Of a DNA stretch of 64,000 nt, positions 37,727-47,005 are shown piece by piece. Within the stretch, counting starts at the first letter, position 1, and each line of letters begins with the position of its first letter. The stretch is from Bacteroidales bacterium (GTDB lineage: Bacteria; Bacteroidota; Bacteroidia; Bacteroidales; WCHB1-69): the NCBI GenBank assembly GCA_024685175.1, contig JAIKWD010000033.1:48123-112122 (forward strand), read 5' to 3'. A program made the position numbers and the translations under genes. Below the pieces are notes generated by a model. It was given only the letters and a program-made list of their open reading frames with translations. It was not told the origin of the DNA and did no database searches.

Positions 37727-38170
37727 CTAAAAAACCTCCACGATTTTCTCCAGCCAGACGCGATCGGTCTCATCGAAATGGCCGAGCAACTCGCTGTCGA
37801 TGTCGAGCACGGCGTGTACATGGCCATCCCGAACAATAGGGACTACAATCTCGCTTTGCGAGGCGCTGCTGCAGGCGATGTGGCCCTTGAACTGGTGCAC
37901 GTCGGGCACTACAAGAGTCCGTTGCTCCTGCCACGCCGTGCCGCACACGCCTTTGCCGTACCGGATGCGCGTGCAGGCCAACGGGCCTTGGAACGGGCCG
38001 AGGACCAATTCTTCGCCAATCACCCGATAGAAGCCCGTCCACCAGAAGTGGAACGTGTCCTGGATGGCGGCGCAGATGTTGGCCATCAAGGCGATTTCAT
38101 CGGTCTCGCCCTCCGCCAGGGCTTGCACCTGCCGACACAGAAGGTCGTATTTCTGTTCTTTTTCGTTCAT
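37727..38170 (-). CDS. msrC: GAF-domain free methionine-(R)-sulfoxide reductase
   Basis: WTGFY, LGPFQGPLAC, GKGVCG, GHIAC, SEIVVP, VLDIDS. Confidence 0.88.
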   Translation of the reverse strand: MNEKEQKYDLLCRQVQALAEGETDEIALMANICAAIQDTFHFWWTGFYRVIGEELVLGPFQGPLACTRIRYGKGVCGTAWQEQRTLVVPDVHQFKGHIACSSASQSEIVVPIVRDGHVHAVLDIDSELLGHFDETDRVWLEKIVEVF

Positions 38171-38174
38171 AAAA

Positions 38175-39581
38175 CTATTGTTTGATGATTTTATGGCAAA
38201 CGGTGCCGACCTTCACCATATAGACGCCGGCGGGATAGGCACGCATATCGAGTTGCATTGGATCGTTGTCGGCAATGCCGCCCCACACCATCTGTCCGAA
38301 AGCGTTGTAGAGTGCAATGTCCGTACCCGGCGTTGTCGCACCCACATACAGAGTGTTGGTGCAAGGATTGGGATAGACGGAAATCGGGTTGGTGGCATAG
38401 TCATCCACGGCAGAGGGGGACCAGCCGTTCATCACGCACACGCCCGACAGGTCGAAGCCGCCAGTCCAATAGGGCGTCGGGTACGGGTCGTTGATGATGC
38501 GGCCGTTCTTGTCGGCGGTGCCGTACTGCGGATCGAGGGAGCCCACCACGTCCACGATACGGATATGGGTGATGTTGTCGATGTCGAGGTTGCTATAGCC
38601 GGCCAATTCTTCCAAGTCGAAAGGCGTGCCATAGCCCACGATGTACTTGCCGGCGAGATTATGCACTCCGCGAGGGTCCAAGGCACCGCCATTGCCGATT
38701 TGTTGGTCTATCTGGGTGTTCGACACGGACGGGAAACGATAGTAGTGCACGCCGTCGGAACTCACCTCCACGAAAGCCAGTTCGAGGAAGGTATGGTTCA
38801 AGGCGTTCTCGAAGACGGCGAAGTCGTAACCCTGGCCGTTCATAATGGGTACGTCGAACGTAAGCACGGCGGTACCAGCATCGCCTAGACTCACCACTCC
38901 ATTGGTCGTCGAAGTGCTGCTCGGGCCGATGGCATCGCTGGCATTGCCGTAATAGGCCGTATCACCGGGGCTGGCTATGTTTTGGTAACCTCTGTTGATG
39001 ACACAAGTGGTAGCCCACCCGAGGATGGCAGGGTCGTCAAAGTAGATGGCCTCGCAGCCTGCCGAACCCACCTCGCCATCAAATTGTTGGGTGGACACAG
39101 GCAGTGCCACCGGAGCCACCGGAGTGGTCCACGTATAGTTGTAGTCTTCATCCGCTATGCCGCAACTCTCGTCACCGAACTTGATAACGTCGCCATTGTG
39201 CACATATTGCGAGTTGTAGCCCCATTGCGCACTGTGACCGTTGATGTTGTACATCCACCATTGGCCGATAAGGGTAAGGTTGATGTCGCCGTCGTGGAAG
39301 TCGATCGCGTCCACCACACCGCCGGAGCCGGAGAAAGAGAAGCGGTCGTCGTAGATCTCGACGGTACGCATCAGGTCGGCCACCAAGGCGCTGTCGCCGT
39401 CGAAGCGCACGCCCCAGGCATAACAAGTGTTGGGCTGCGCCCAGTTGACGGCAAGCACGGCCCTGTTGGGGCCCTGGCCCACCCAGTAGGTCACATCGTT
39501 GATGGAGATGGTGGCATCGTCTTGGGCTGATGCGCCCAGACATACGAAAGTGATAGCAAGCAAATAGTAGAGTTTTTTCAT
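38175..39581 (-). CDS. T9SS type A CTD cell-surface protein
   Basis: start re-called at ATG 39581 (MKKLYYLLA..ASA-Q); VSLGDAG..FDVPIMNG..DFAVFEN..ELAFVEVSSDG; C-terminal YPNP..AGVYMVK..HKIIKQ; -7 box at 39605-39612. Confidence 0.85.
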   Translation of the reverse strand: MKKLYYLLAITFVCLGASAQDDATISINDVTYWVGQGPNRAVLAVNWAQPNTCYAWGVRFDGDSALVADLMRTVEIYDDRFSFSGSGGVVDAIDFHDGDINLTLIGQWWMYNINGHSAQWGYNSQYVHNGDVIKFGDESCGIADEDYNYTWTTPVAPVALPVSTQQFDGEVGSAGCEAIYFDDPAILGWATTCVINRGYQNIASPGDTAYYGNASDAIGPSSTSTTNGVVSLGDAGTAVLTFDVPIMNGQGYDFAVFENALNHTFLELAFVEVSSDGVHYYRFPSVSNTQIDQQIGNGGALDPRGVHNLAGKYIVGYGTPFDLEELAGYSNLDIDNITHIRIVDVVGSLDPQYGTADKNGRIINDPYPTPYWTGGFDLSGVCVMNGWSPSAVDDYATNPISVYPNPCTNTLYVGATTPGTDIALYNAFGQMVWGGIADNDPMQLDMRAYPAGVYMVKVGTVCHKIIKQ

Positions 39582-39683
39582 ATCGAAAGTAATTAAAACG
39601 GGTGCAAAGATACGAAAATAGTGGCAACTGTCGGTCGTTAGTAGTCGACTGCCAAAAGTTAGCGACAAACAATAAAAAATATT

Positions 39684-39717
39684 TTGGTTCATTGGTTCAT
39701 TGGATTATTGGTTCATC
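39684..39717. repeat. degenerate octamer tract TTGGTTCA x4
   Basis: ttggttca ttggttca ttggatta ttggttca tc; same unit as 2564-2587. Confidence 0.8.
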
Positions 39718-39775
39718 AGTTTTTTGTATCTTTGGCGGCTTATAATACACTTTTCTTAACGAATTAAATATCAGT

Positions 39776-41791
39776 ATGGAAGAAAAAGATAAAGAGGCCA
39801 TTGAGCAGCCTGAGGAAATCAAATTGCCCGAAAACGCGTATCGCGAACTGAAAGAGGGTGAAGAATACAAGCCCATCCTACTGGGTCAAAAGAAATATCC
39901 TGAGCTCAATGCTTGGACAATCACATGGGGTATTATCATGGCCATCATCTTTTCGGCGGCCACAGCATATTCAGGTCTGCGGTTCGGACAGGTTTTCGAG
40001 GCGGCCATCCCAATTGCCATCATCGCCGTGGGTGTATCCACCTTGGCCAAGCGCAAGAGTCCGCTATCCGAGAATGTGCTCATCCAATCCATCGGCGCCA
40101 GCTCTGGTGTGATTGTGGCGGGTGCCATCTTCACGTTGCCAGCCATATATATCATCAAGGAGACTAACCCAGCCATCGGCGCAGAGATACAAGTCAACTT
40201 CTTCCAGATATTCTTATCTTCCTTATTGGGCGGTTTCTTAGGCATCCTATTCCTAATCCCGTTCCGCAAGTATTTTGTGTCGGACATGCATGGAAAGTAT
40301 CCCTTCCCTGAAGCCACCGCCACCACGGAGATCATCGTTTCGGGCGCCAAGGGCGGCAACCAGGCCAAGCTTCTGCTCGTCAGCGGCCTCATCGGCGGTC
40401 TGTACGACTTCCTAATGACGACTTTCCACTTCTGGGCCGACACCATCTCCACACGCATGTGCGGTTGGGGTGAGCAGTTAGCCATGAATCATAAGTTTGT
40501 GTTCAAGATGAGTGCCGAGTCCATCTTGTTGGGCACGGGTTATCTTATCGGCCTTAAATATGCTGCCGTCATTTGTGCCGGTTCAGCCCTTTCTTGGTGG
40601 GTCATCGTACCTCTCCTGGGCCAATATGGTGCCATGGATGTAGATGGTGTATTGACCTCAATGAGCACGCTTGACCCTGATTTCATCTTTTCCAACTATG
40701 CCCGTTACATCGGCATCGGTGGTATCGCCATGGCTGGTCTAATCGGTGTCATCAAGTCGGCCGGCGTCATCAAGAAATCCCTCGGCGTGGCCTTCAAGGC
40801 CGGCAAGCAGAATGGGGAGGAGAATGCTGTGTTGCGCACGCAACGTGATATCTCCATGAAGATCATCCTTTTCGGCTTCCTCGCAGTGCTCGTGATGATG
40901 TTCCTGTTCTTCCTCTTCGGCGGAATGCAGATGAACCTCAAGCAGGTTCTGGTGGGCTTGGTTGTCGTCTTCGTATTCGCATTCCTCTTCACCACGGTGG
41001 CGGCTACGGCCATTGCCACAGTGGGAACCAACCCTGTATCGGGTATGACTATGATGACCTTGATATTGTCCTCCATCGTCTTGGCCGCTGTTGGTCTCAA
41101 GGGAGGCGCAGGCATTCTTACGGCCTTGGTGGTCGGCGGCATTGTCTGTTCTGCATTGGCCATGGCCGGCGGCTTCATCACCGACTTGAAAATAGGTTAC
41201 TGGATCGGCACATCGCCGTTCAAGCAAGAGGCCTTCAAGTTCGTAGGGACGCTGGTATCCGCCCTCACCGTAGGCGCTGTCATCATGCTGTTGTCCAAGA
41301 CTTACGGTTACACAGGCGAAGATGCCTTGGTGGCCCCGCAAGCCAACGCCATGGCCGCCATCATCCAACCCTTGATGTTCAACGGTTCTACCCCGTGGAT
41401 TCTCTACATCGTCGGTGCCGTATTAGCCATCTTGCTTGATGTCATTGGTGTACCTGCCCTTGCATTTTCCTTGGGTATGTTCATCCCGTTACAGCTTAAC
41501 CTGCCGTTGTTGGTCGGTGGTTTACTCGCCTGGTTTATCAAATCACGCAGCAAGGATGAAGAGCTCAACAAACTCCGTGGTGAAAAGGGCACCCTACTCG
41601 CTTCCGGTTTGCTGGCCGGCGGTGCCATCATGGGTGTGATCAGCGCCATTCTTAAATACTGTGGCGTGGAGCCCACCTTTATGGCCAACTACATCGGTTC
41701 GCCCGTCTTCAACATACTCGCCATCGTGATGTTCCTCGGACTCTGCACCTACCTCGTGCTCCACTCCCTCAACGTCAAAAAAGTCGAATAA
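39776..41791 (+). CDS. OPT family oligopeptide transporter
   Basis: EAAIPIAI, GAIFTLPA, YPFPEATA, NPVSGMT, DLKIGYW, APQANAMA; -7 box at 39727-39734. Confidence 0.93.
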   Translation: MEEKDKEAIEQPEEIKLPENAYRELKEGEEYKPILLGQKKYPELNAWTITWGIIMAIIFSAATAYSGLRFGQVFEAAIPIAIIAVGVSTLAKRKSPLSENVLIQSIGASSGVIVAGAIFTLPAIYIIKETNPAIGAEIQVNFFQIFLSSLLGGFLGILFLIPFRKYFVSDMHGKYPFPEATATTEIIVSGAKGGNQAKLLLVSGLIGGLYDFLMTTFHFWADTISTRMCGWGEQLAMNHKFVFKMSAESILLGTGYLIGLKYAAVICAGSALSWWVIVPLLGQYGAMDVDGVLTSMSTLDPDFIFSNYARYIGIGGIAMAGLIGVIKSAGVIKKSLGVAFKAGKQNGEENAVLRTQRDISMKIILFGFLAVLVMMFLFFLFGGMQMNLKQVLVGLVVVFVFAFLFTTVAATAIATVGTNPVSGMTMMTLILSSIVLAAVGLKGGAGILTALVVGGIVCSALAMAGGFITDLKIGYWIGTSPFKQEAFKFVGTLVSALTVGAVIMLLSKTYGYTGEDALVAPQANAMAAIIQPLMFNGSTPWILYIVGAVLAILLDVIGVPALAFSLGMFIPLQLNLPLLVGGLLAWFIKSRSKDEELNKLRGEKGTLLASGLLAGGAIMGVISAILKYCGVEPTFMANYIGSPVFNILAIVMFLGLCTYLVLHSLNVKKVE

Positions 41792-41823
41792 ATTATCATT
41801 CATTAACCTAAATACTTAAGAAT

Positions 41824-42441
41824 ATGCATATTGCCGTTGCCGGTAACATTGGATCCGGAAAAACAACCCTAACGGGGATGCTTGCCAAGCACTATGGCTG
41901 GGAAGCCCTTTACGAGAGCGTGGACAACAATCCCTATCTTGCAAGTTTCTACCAAGATATGCAGCGCTGGTCGTTCAACATCCAGATATATTTCCTCAAC
42001 AGCCGATTCCGTCAGGTGCTAGACATCCGCAAGCGCAAGAAAGACGTCATCCAAGACCGCACCATCTACGAAGATGCCTACATCTTCGCCCCGAACCTGC
42101 ACGAGATGGATTTGATGGCCACTCGCGACTTTGAGAACTACACACAGCTTTTTGAGCTAATGACGCAATTCCTTCAAGCTCCCGATTTGCTTATTTATTT
42201 AAAAGCCGACGTTGCGACCCTAGTAACTCAGATCCACAAACGCGGCCGTGCCTACGAAGACTCCATTCGTCTCTCTTATCTCGAAAACCTCAACGAGAAA
42301 TACGAGAAATGGATCTCTAACTACAAAGAGGGCAAATTGCTCATCGTAGACGTTAACACCATCAAGTTTGCCGAGAAGCCTGAGGATTTCGGAGAAATCA
42401 TCAACAAGATTGACGCCGAGTTGTTCGGCTTGTTCAAATAA
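41824..42441 (+). CDS. deoxynucleoside kinase
   Basis: GNIGSGKTT, QDRTIYED, RGR.YE. Confidence 0.93.
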   Translation: MHIAVAGNIGSGKTTLTGMLAKHYGWEALYESVDNNPYLASFYQDMQRWSFNIQIYFLNSRFRQVLDIRKRKKDVIQDRTIYEDAYIFAPNLHEMDLMATRDFENYTQLFELMTQFLQAPDLLIYLKADVATLVTQIHKRGRAYEDSIRLSYLENLNEKYEKWISNYKEGKLLIVDVNTIKFAEKPEDFGEIINKIDAELFGLFK

Positions 42442-43166
42442 TGAAGTTCATCGGCATCATACCAGCCAGATACGCCTCCACCCGTTTCCCGGGCAAGCCT
42501 TTGGCATTGATTCACGGCAAACAGATGATACAGGTGGTGTATGAGCACGTGAGCCAGTCGGCCCTCGACGATGTGGCAGTGGCCACCGACGACGAGCGGA
42601 TCGCCACCTGCGTGCAACAGTTCGGCGGAAAGGTCGTGATGACGAAGCCCACGCACCCGTCCGGCACGGACCGTTGCGGAGAAGCCGCCCTTCTGCTGCA
42701 GTTGCACGACGACGATGTCATCGTCAACATCCAAGGCGACGAACCCGGCATCAGCGCCAAGGAGATCAACCTGCTCACAAAGCAATTCGACAACCCAGAT
42801 GTCAACATCGCCACTTTGGTGAAACCCTTCGACAATACCGCCGACGCCCAAAACCCCAACAAAGTCAAGGCGGTCCTTGACAGCAACCACAAAGCATTGT
42901 ATTTCAGCCGATTACCTATTCCTTTTGTGCGCGAGCCGAAGGAAGCCAGTCCGACCTACTACCAACATCTTGGCATCTACGCATACCGAAACAAAACGTT
43001 GAAAGCGCTCATCCAACTGACGCCCTCCTCTCTTGAGAAGAGCGAAAAGTTAGAGCAGCTGCGTTGGCTGGAAAACGGGTACGACATCTACACAGCCGTA
43101 TGCGACTACAACGGCCTTGGCATTGACACGCCCGAAGACTTGGAAAGATATAATTCAATGAAATAA
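42441..43166 (+). CDS. kdsB: 3-deoxy-manno-octulosonate cytidylyltransferase
   Basis: IPARYASTRFPGKPL, SGTDR, NIQGDEP, HLGIYAY, EKLEQLRWLENG. Confidence 0.95.
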   Translation: MKFIGIIPARYASTRFPGKPLALIHGKQMIQVVYEHVSQSALDDVAVATDDERIATCVQQFGGKVVMTKPTHPSGTDRCGEAALLLQLHDDDVIVNIQGDEPGISAKEINLLTKQFDNPDVNIATLVKPFDNTADAQNPNKVKAVLDSNHKALYFSRLPIPFVREPKEASPTYYQHLGIYAYRNKTLKALIQLTPSSLEKSEKLEQLRWLENGYDIYTAVCDYNGLGIDTPEDLERYNSMK

Positions 43167-43185
43167 TCCTATTACGCATCATAAC

Positions 43186-44493
43186 ATGATCAGTTTCATC
43201 ATAAAAGCCCTTCAGCATAGCGATTCCGTGTTCATTGACGACTTGGGCACATTCTGCAAGCAATACCAATCCGCCCGATTTGAAGGCGATAATTTGCTTC
43301 CGCCACAATATGCCGTCATTTTGGACACTCGTGAAGGCCAACTCGAAGAGACCAGCTTCATCGATCTCATTTGCAGAGAAAAACAATGTCGTATCACGGA
43401 AGCCGCCGCCGAATTAACCAGTTGGGTGGCAGAGTTGAAAAATGCTCTAGCCAACAATTCGAGCATTAGTTTTGACAATTTTGGCACTTTCACCCTAGAC
43501 AGCAAAGGCAACATACAGTTTGTATGCGACCGCATTGACGAGCTCAATCGCGAATTCGAGGGGATGGAAGTTGTTAGAATTAGGAATGAGGAGCCTGAAA
43601 CATCATTCCTTGAGAAGCCGCGAAGCGGCGAGACAGATCTTGTTCCGGACAAGGACGAAGTACGCCATCCGGAACCCACCGAGGAACCTGAAAAGGTCGA
43701 GGAGTCCTTAATAACCTCTGAACCTGCACCTGCCGAGGAACCTGCACCTGCCGAGGAACCGGTGACGGCCGAGGAAACCGAAGAGGAGCGTTTGGACCGT
43801 GAAATGCGCGAACGCATGCGGGAGGCAGAGTTAGTGGAGAACAAGGAGCTCATCGACGAACCTGTTACGAGAGAGGAGCCCGAGTCATCATTCCTTGAGA
43901 AGCCGCAAAGCGACGAGACAGATTTTGTCCCGAACGAGGACGAAGTCCGCCATCCGGAGCCAATCGAAACCTCCGACGACCAACCCAAACCCAAGCGTAA
44001 AAGACGTCTATGGTGGTTATGGTTATTGTTGTGTCTCATTGCCCTCGGCGTGCTGGCGTACCTCTTCCGCAACAATTTGGCCAATGCTTATCAGGCTGTC
44101 AAGGACAAGTTTGCCCGCCAAGAGGCTGTAACGCCCGAAGAATCGGAGCCCGTCGAAGAGACAGTCGTCTACGAAGAGCCGACTGAGGACACCACGGCCG
44201 TGGCCGAAGAGCCTCAGCCTTACACGCCAGAGGTCGTAAAGACCACCGCCGACGGCAAATACTCTTACATCAAGTTCGAGTCTGGCCACTATTACGCCAT
44301 CGCAGGCAGTCTGCCTAACGAACAGAATGCAGAACTTCACATCCGCCAGCGGGGACTCGACAAATACAGTCCTACCTTATTAAAGCAGGACGGGGTCTCC
44401 AATTTGCGTGTCTGCATTGGTGTTTTTGACACTGAAGAGGAAGCTGAGACGTATGCCAAAAGCATCAATCCTAAATATTGGGTATTGAAATAG
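43186..44493 (+). CDS. HU-like (CCDC81-type) N-terminal domains, acidic linker, TM helix and SPOR-like domain
   Basis: VFIDDLGTF / ISFDNFGTF, KRKRRLWWLW TM segment, YYAIAGSL..RVCIGVF..EEAE. Confidence 0.78.
   Translation: MISFIIKALQHSDSVFIDDLGTFCKQYQSARFEGDNLLPPQYAVILDTREGQLEETSFIDLICREKQCRITEAAAELTSWVAELKNALANNSSISFDNFGTFTLDSKGNIQFVCDRIDELNREFEGMEVVRIRNEEPETSFLEKPRSGETDLVPDKDEVRHPEPTEEPEKVEESLITSEPAPAEEPAPAEEPVTAEETEEERLDREMRERMREAELVENKELIDEPVTREEPESSFLEKPQSDETDFVPNEDEVRHPEPIETSDDQPKPKRKRRLWWLWLLLCLIALGVLAYLFRNNLANAYQAVKDKFARQEAVTPEESEPVEETVVYEEPTEDTTAVAEEPQPYTPEVVKTTADGKYSYIKFESGHYYAIAGSLPNEQNAELHIRQRGLDKYSPTLLKQDGVSNLRVCIGVFDTEEEAETYAKSINPKYWVLK
43591..43961 (+). repeat. intragenic ~86-bp direct repeat (43591/43876) plus an 18-bp tandem at ~43720-43760
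   Basis: EPETSFLEKPRSGETDLVPDKDEVRHPEP vs EPESSFLEKPQSDETDFVPNEDEVRHPEP; gaacctgcacctgccgag x2. Confidence 0.85.
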
Positions 44494-44523
44494 CTCATTA
44501 ATACACATTATCACATCACCATC

Positions 44524-45240
44524 GTGAAAAAACACATACCAAACACATTAACATGCCTCAACCTGGTTTGCGGATGTCTTTCAATCATGGGAGCAATGAA
44601 AGGCAACTTGGAGGCTGCCGCTCTTTGGATCATCGCCTCTGCAGTGTTCGATTTCTGCGATGGCCTGGCTGCCCGTATGCTGAAAGTGAGCTCAGCCATT
44701 GGCAAAGAGTTAGATTCCTTGTCTGACGTAGTCTCCTTTGGTGTGGCCCCCGGAATGATTGTCTATGCTTGGTTGGTGCGCTGCACGGAAGGCATCTCGC
44801 CTTTACACCTCAACGCGCTCTATGAGTTCCTTCCATTTGTTGCGTTGCTAGTGCCGGCATTGTCAGCCGTGCGCCTCGCCCGATTCAATATTGATGAAAA
44901 CCAAGCCACCTCTTTTCTTGGACTTCCCACCCCGGCAAACGCCATGTTCCTTGGATTCATTCCGTTGGCAGCAGAGAACATCATCTTTCTCAACAATTTC
45001 TGGGTAGTATGGATACTCACCATTCTTTTCTCTCTATTACTTGTTTCACGTATTTGGATGCTTTCTCTCAAGTTCAAAGACTTTAAATGGAATGGCATGA
45101 ATATAGCTCGATACGCCTTGATTGCCACAGGTCTCATTCTGTTGCCCATTTTCAAATGGGGCGCTTTTCCGCTTATCATCATGGCATATATTCTAATCTC
45201 ATTAATATATCACGCTTTAATAAAACTTCAGATTATATGA
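44524..45240 (+). CDS. pssA: CDP-diacylglycerol--serine O-phosphatidyltransferase
   Basis: IPNTLTCLNL, DFCDGLAAR..GKELDSLSD.VSFGVAP, RLARFN, FLGLPTP; GTG start. Confidence 0.9.
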   Translation: MKKHIPNTLTCLNLVCGCLSIMGAMKGNLEAAALWIIASAVFDFCDGLAARMLKVSSAIGKELDSLSDVVSFGVAPGMIVYAWLVRCTEGISPLHLNALYEFLPFVALLVPALSAVRLARFNIDENQATSFLGLPTPANAMFLGFIPLAAENIIFLNNFWVVWILTILFSLLLVSRIWMLSLKFKDFKWNGMNIARYALIATGLILLPIFKWGAFPLIIMAYILISLIYHALIKLQII

Positions 45241-45824
45241 AATATACCAGCATTGCCTTATTCTGCGGTTCCGCCACTGGAAACAGACCCGAGTATGCAC
45301 AACAAGCACGCGAGTTTGGGTTGCGTATGGCCGAGATGGGCCTAACATTATACTATGGGGGTGGCAGCATAGGACTAATGAAAATCGCCGCAGAGGCCGT
45401 TATGGAAAAGGGAGGCAAAGCCATTGGCGTAGCCCCTGACTTTTTCGCCAAAGGGCGTGTGCTGGCGGACAATATCACACAGATGATTTACGTAAAATCC
45501 ATGAGCGAACGCAAACAATTGCTGGAAAAAGAGGCCGATGCCTTTGTCGCTCTGCCTGGCGGCTTCGGCACCATGGACGAATTGTTCGAGGTACTCACCG
45601 ACAGCCAACTCGGCATGCACGCCAAGCCTATCATCCTTTACAACTACAATGGCTTTTACGACCCACTCATAGCGCAACTACACCTTTTTGCCGAAGAGGG
45701 TTTTCTGCGTCCATTCCACAAAGAGTTACTGTTGACTGCCACTAACTTGGACGAGTTGTTCGACTGCATTGAAAGCTACGAAAACGGGAACGACCAAGAG
45801 TGGCTCAAGAAGATCAAGCAATAA
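45237..45824 (+). CDS. LOG family protein (TIGR00730-like)
   Basis: FCGS, YGGGSIGLM, ERK, LPGGFGTMDE; ATGA overlap with pssA. Confidence 0.9.
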   Translation: MKYTSIALFCGSATGNRPEYAQQAREFGLRMAEMGLTLYYGGGSIGLMKIAAEAVMEKGGKAIGVAPDFFAKGRVLADNITQMIYVKSMSERKQLLEKEADAFVALPGGFGTMDELFEVLTDSQLGMHAKPIILYNYNGFYDPLIAQLHLFAEEGFLRPFHKELLLTATNLDELFDCIESYENGNDQEWLKKIKQ

Positions 45825-45843
45825 AACCATAAAACCAAACTAT

Positions 45844-46998
45844 ATGCAGTTCAAAGACGTACTTGTTTCCGACAAATTGAAAGAGCAGCTGCTGAACCAG
45901 GTGCGCGAGCACCGCATCAGTCATGCCCAGTTCTTCCTGGCACAGCCAGGAAGCCATGCTTTTGCCCTGGCGGTGGCTCTGGCGCAATATCTATGCTGCG
46001 AACATCCCTCCGACACCGACTCGTGCGGCACCTGCCCATCCTGCCAACAGTTTGCTAAATTATCACACCCTGACCTACATCTCTATTTCCCGAACTGCAC
46101 TACCAAAAACGTAAAAAAAGATCCCGACTCCACTCAACTTGCCCAACAGTTCAAGGACTTTGTCATCCGCAACAACTATCACATCGATATGCAAGAATGG
46201 CTCTATGAACTGGAAGGGGAGAACAAGCAACCCTCCATCAACATTCGCGACTGCTCCAATATAATCAATCAGAATAGTATGCGCTCGTTCATGGGCGGCT
46301 ATAAAACTTACATTCTGTGGAACGTGGACCGCTTGCACCATACGGCGGCACCCAAATTGCTCAAGACCTTGGAGGAGCCGGAAAGCAATTCCTTATTTAT
46401 CCTCATCTCCGAACGTCCCGACCAGATTTTGAGTACCATTTTATCTAGGACTCAACTGGTTAAAATCCCTCGCCTTACAGATGAAGAGCTGCAACAAGCT
46501 TTAATGCAAGCGCTTCCAGACATAGACGAAAGCACAGCCCACGATATAGCCATCATTTCCGAAGGCAACTACAATAAAGCCATGCAAATCCATCACGACA
46601 GCGCCGAGCAACGAGAGATGCTTGACACATTCGAGGTCATGATGACAAGTCTCATGGCGTACGCCAAACAACGTCCTATCACTGAAGTCAACTACCCACA
46701 TGTCCAAGAGCTTTTCGGAGACATTGTGAAACAGGGACGTGAGCAACAAAAATCATTTGTGGCACTTGCCCTGCGTATGATGCGTAACCTACTGATGACG
46801 AATACCGGCAACGCATCTTTAGCCAAAGTCACTGAACGTGAAGCGGGAATCCTTGCGGAGATGTCAAATCTCAACTTGATGCATATCACCAAAATGGCTG
46901 ATGAGCTCAACAAAGCGCTCTATCATATCAGCCGTAATGGAAATACGGCAATCATTTTAACAGACTTGTACTTTAAGTTGGCTGCTTGTATCAAATAA
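45844..46998 (+). CDS. holB: DNA polymerase III delta' subunit
   Basis: HAQFF, CGTCPSC..HPDLH, KLLKTLEEP, TILSRTQ. Confidence 0.85.
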   Translation: MQFKDVLVSDKLKEQLLNQVREHRISHAQFFLAQPGSHAFALAVALAQYLCCEHPSDTDSCGTCPSCQQFAKLSHPDLHLYFPNCTTKNVKKDPDSTQLAQQFKDFVIRNNYHIDMQEWLYELEGENKQPSINIRDCSNIINQNSMRSFMGGYKTYILWNVDRLHHTAAPKLLKTLEEPESNSLFILISERPDQILSTILSRTQLVKIPRLTDEELQQALMQALPDIDESTAHDIAIISEGNYNKAMQIHHDSAEQREMLDTFEVMMTSLMAYAKQRPITEVNYPHVQELFGDIVKQGREQQKSFVALALRMMRNLLMTNTGNASLAKVTEREAGILAEMSNLNLMHITKMADELNKALYHISRNGNTAIILTDLYFKLAACIK

Positions 46999-47005
46999 CG
47001 GCCCG

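Noticed and set aside
39582-39775. Cobalamin riboswitch upstream of the putative B12-binding gene
   Set aside because: No recognisable B12-box, and the promoter box is too close to the start codon.
45844-46998. Degenerate Walker A (AQPGSHA) suggesting a holB pseudogene
   Set aside because: Delta' subunits are catalytically inactive, and the ORF is intact with Zn-finger and LEEP motifs.
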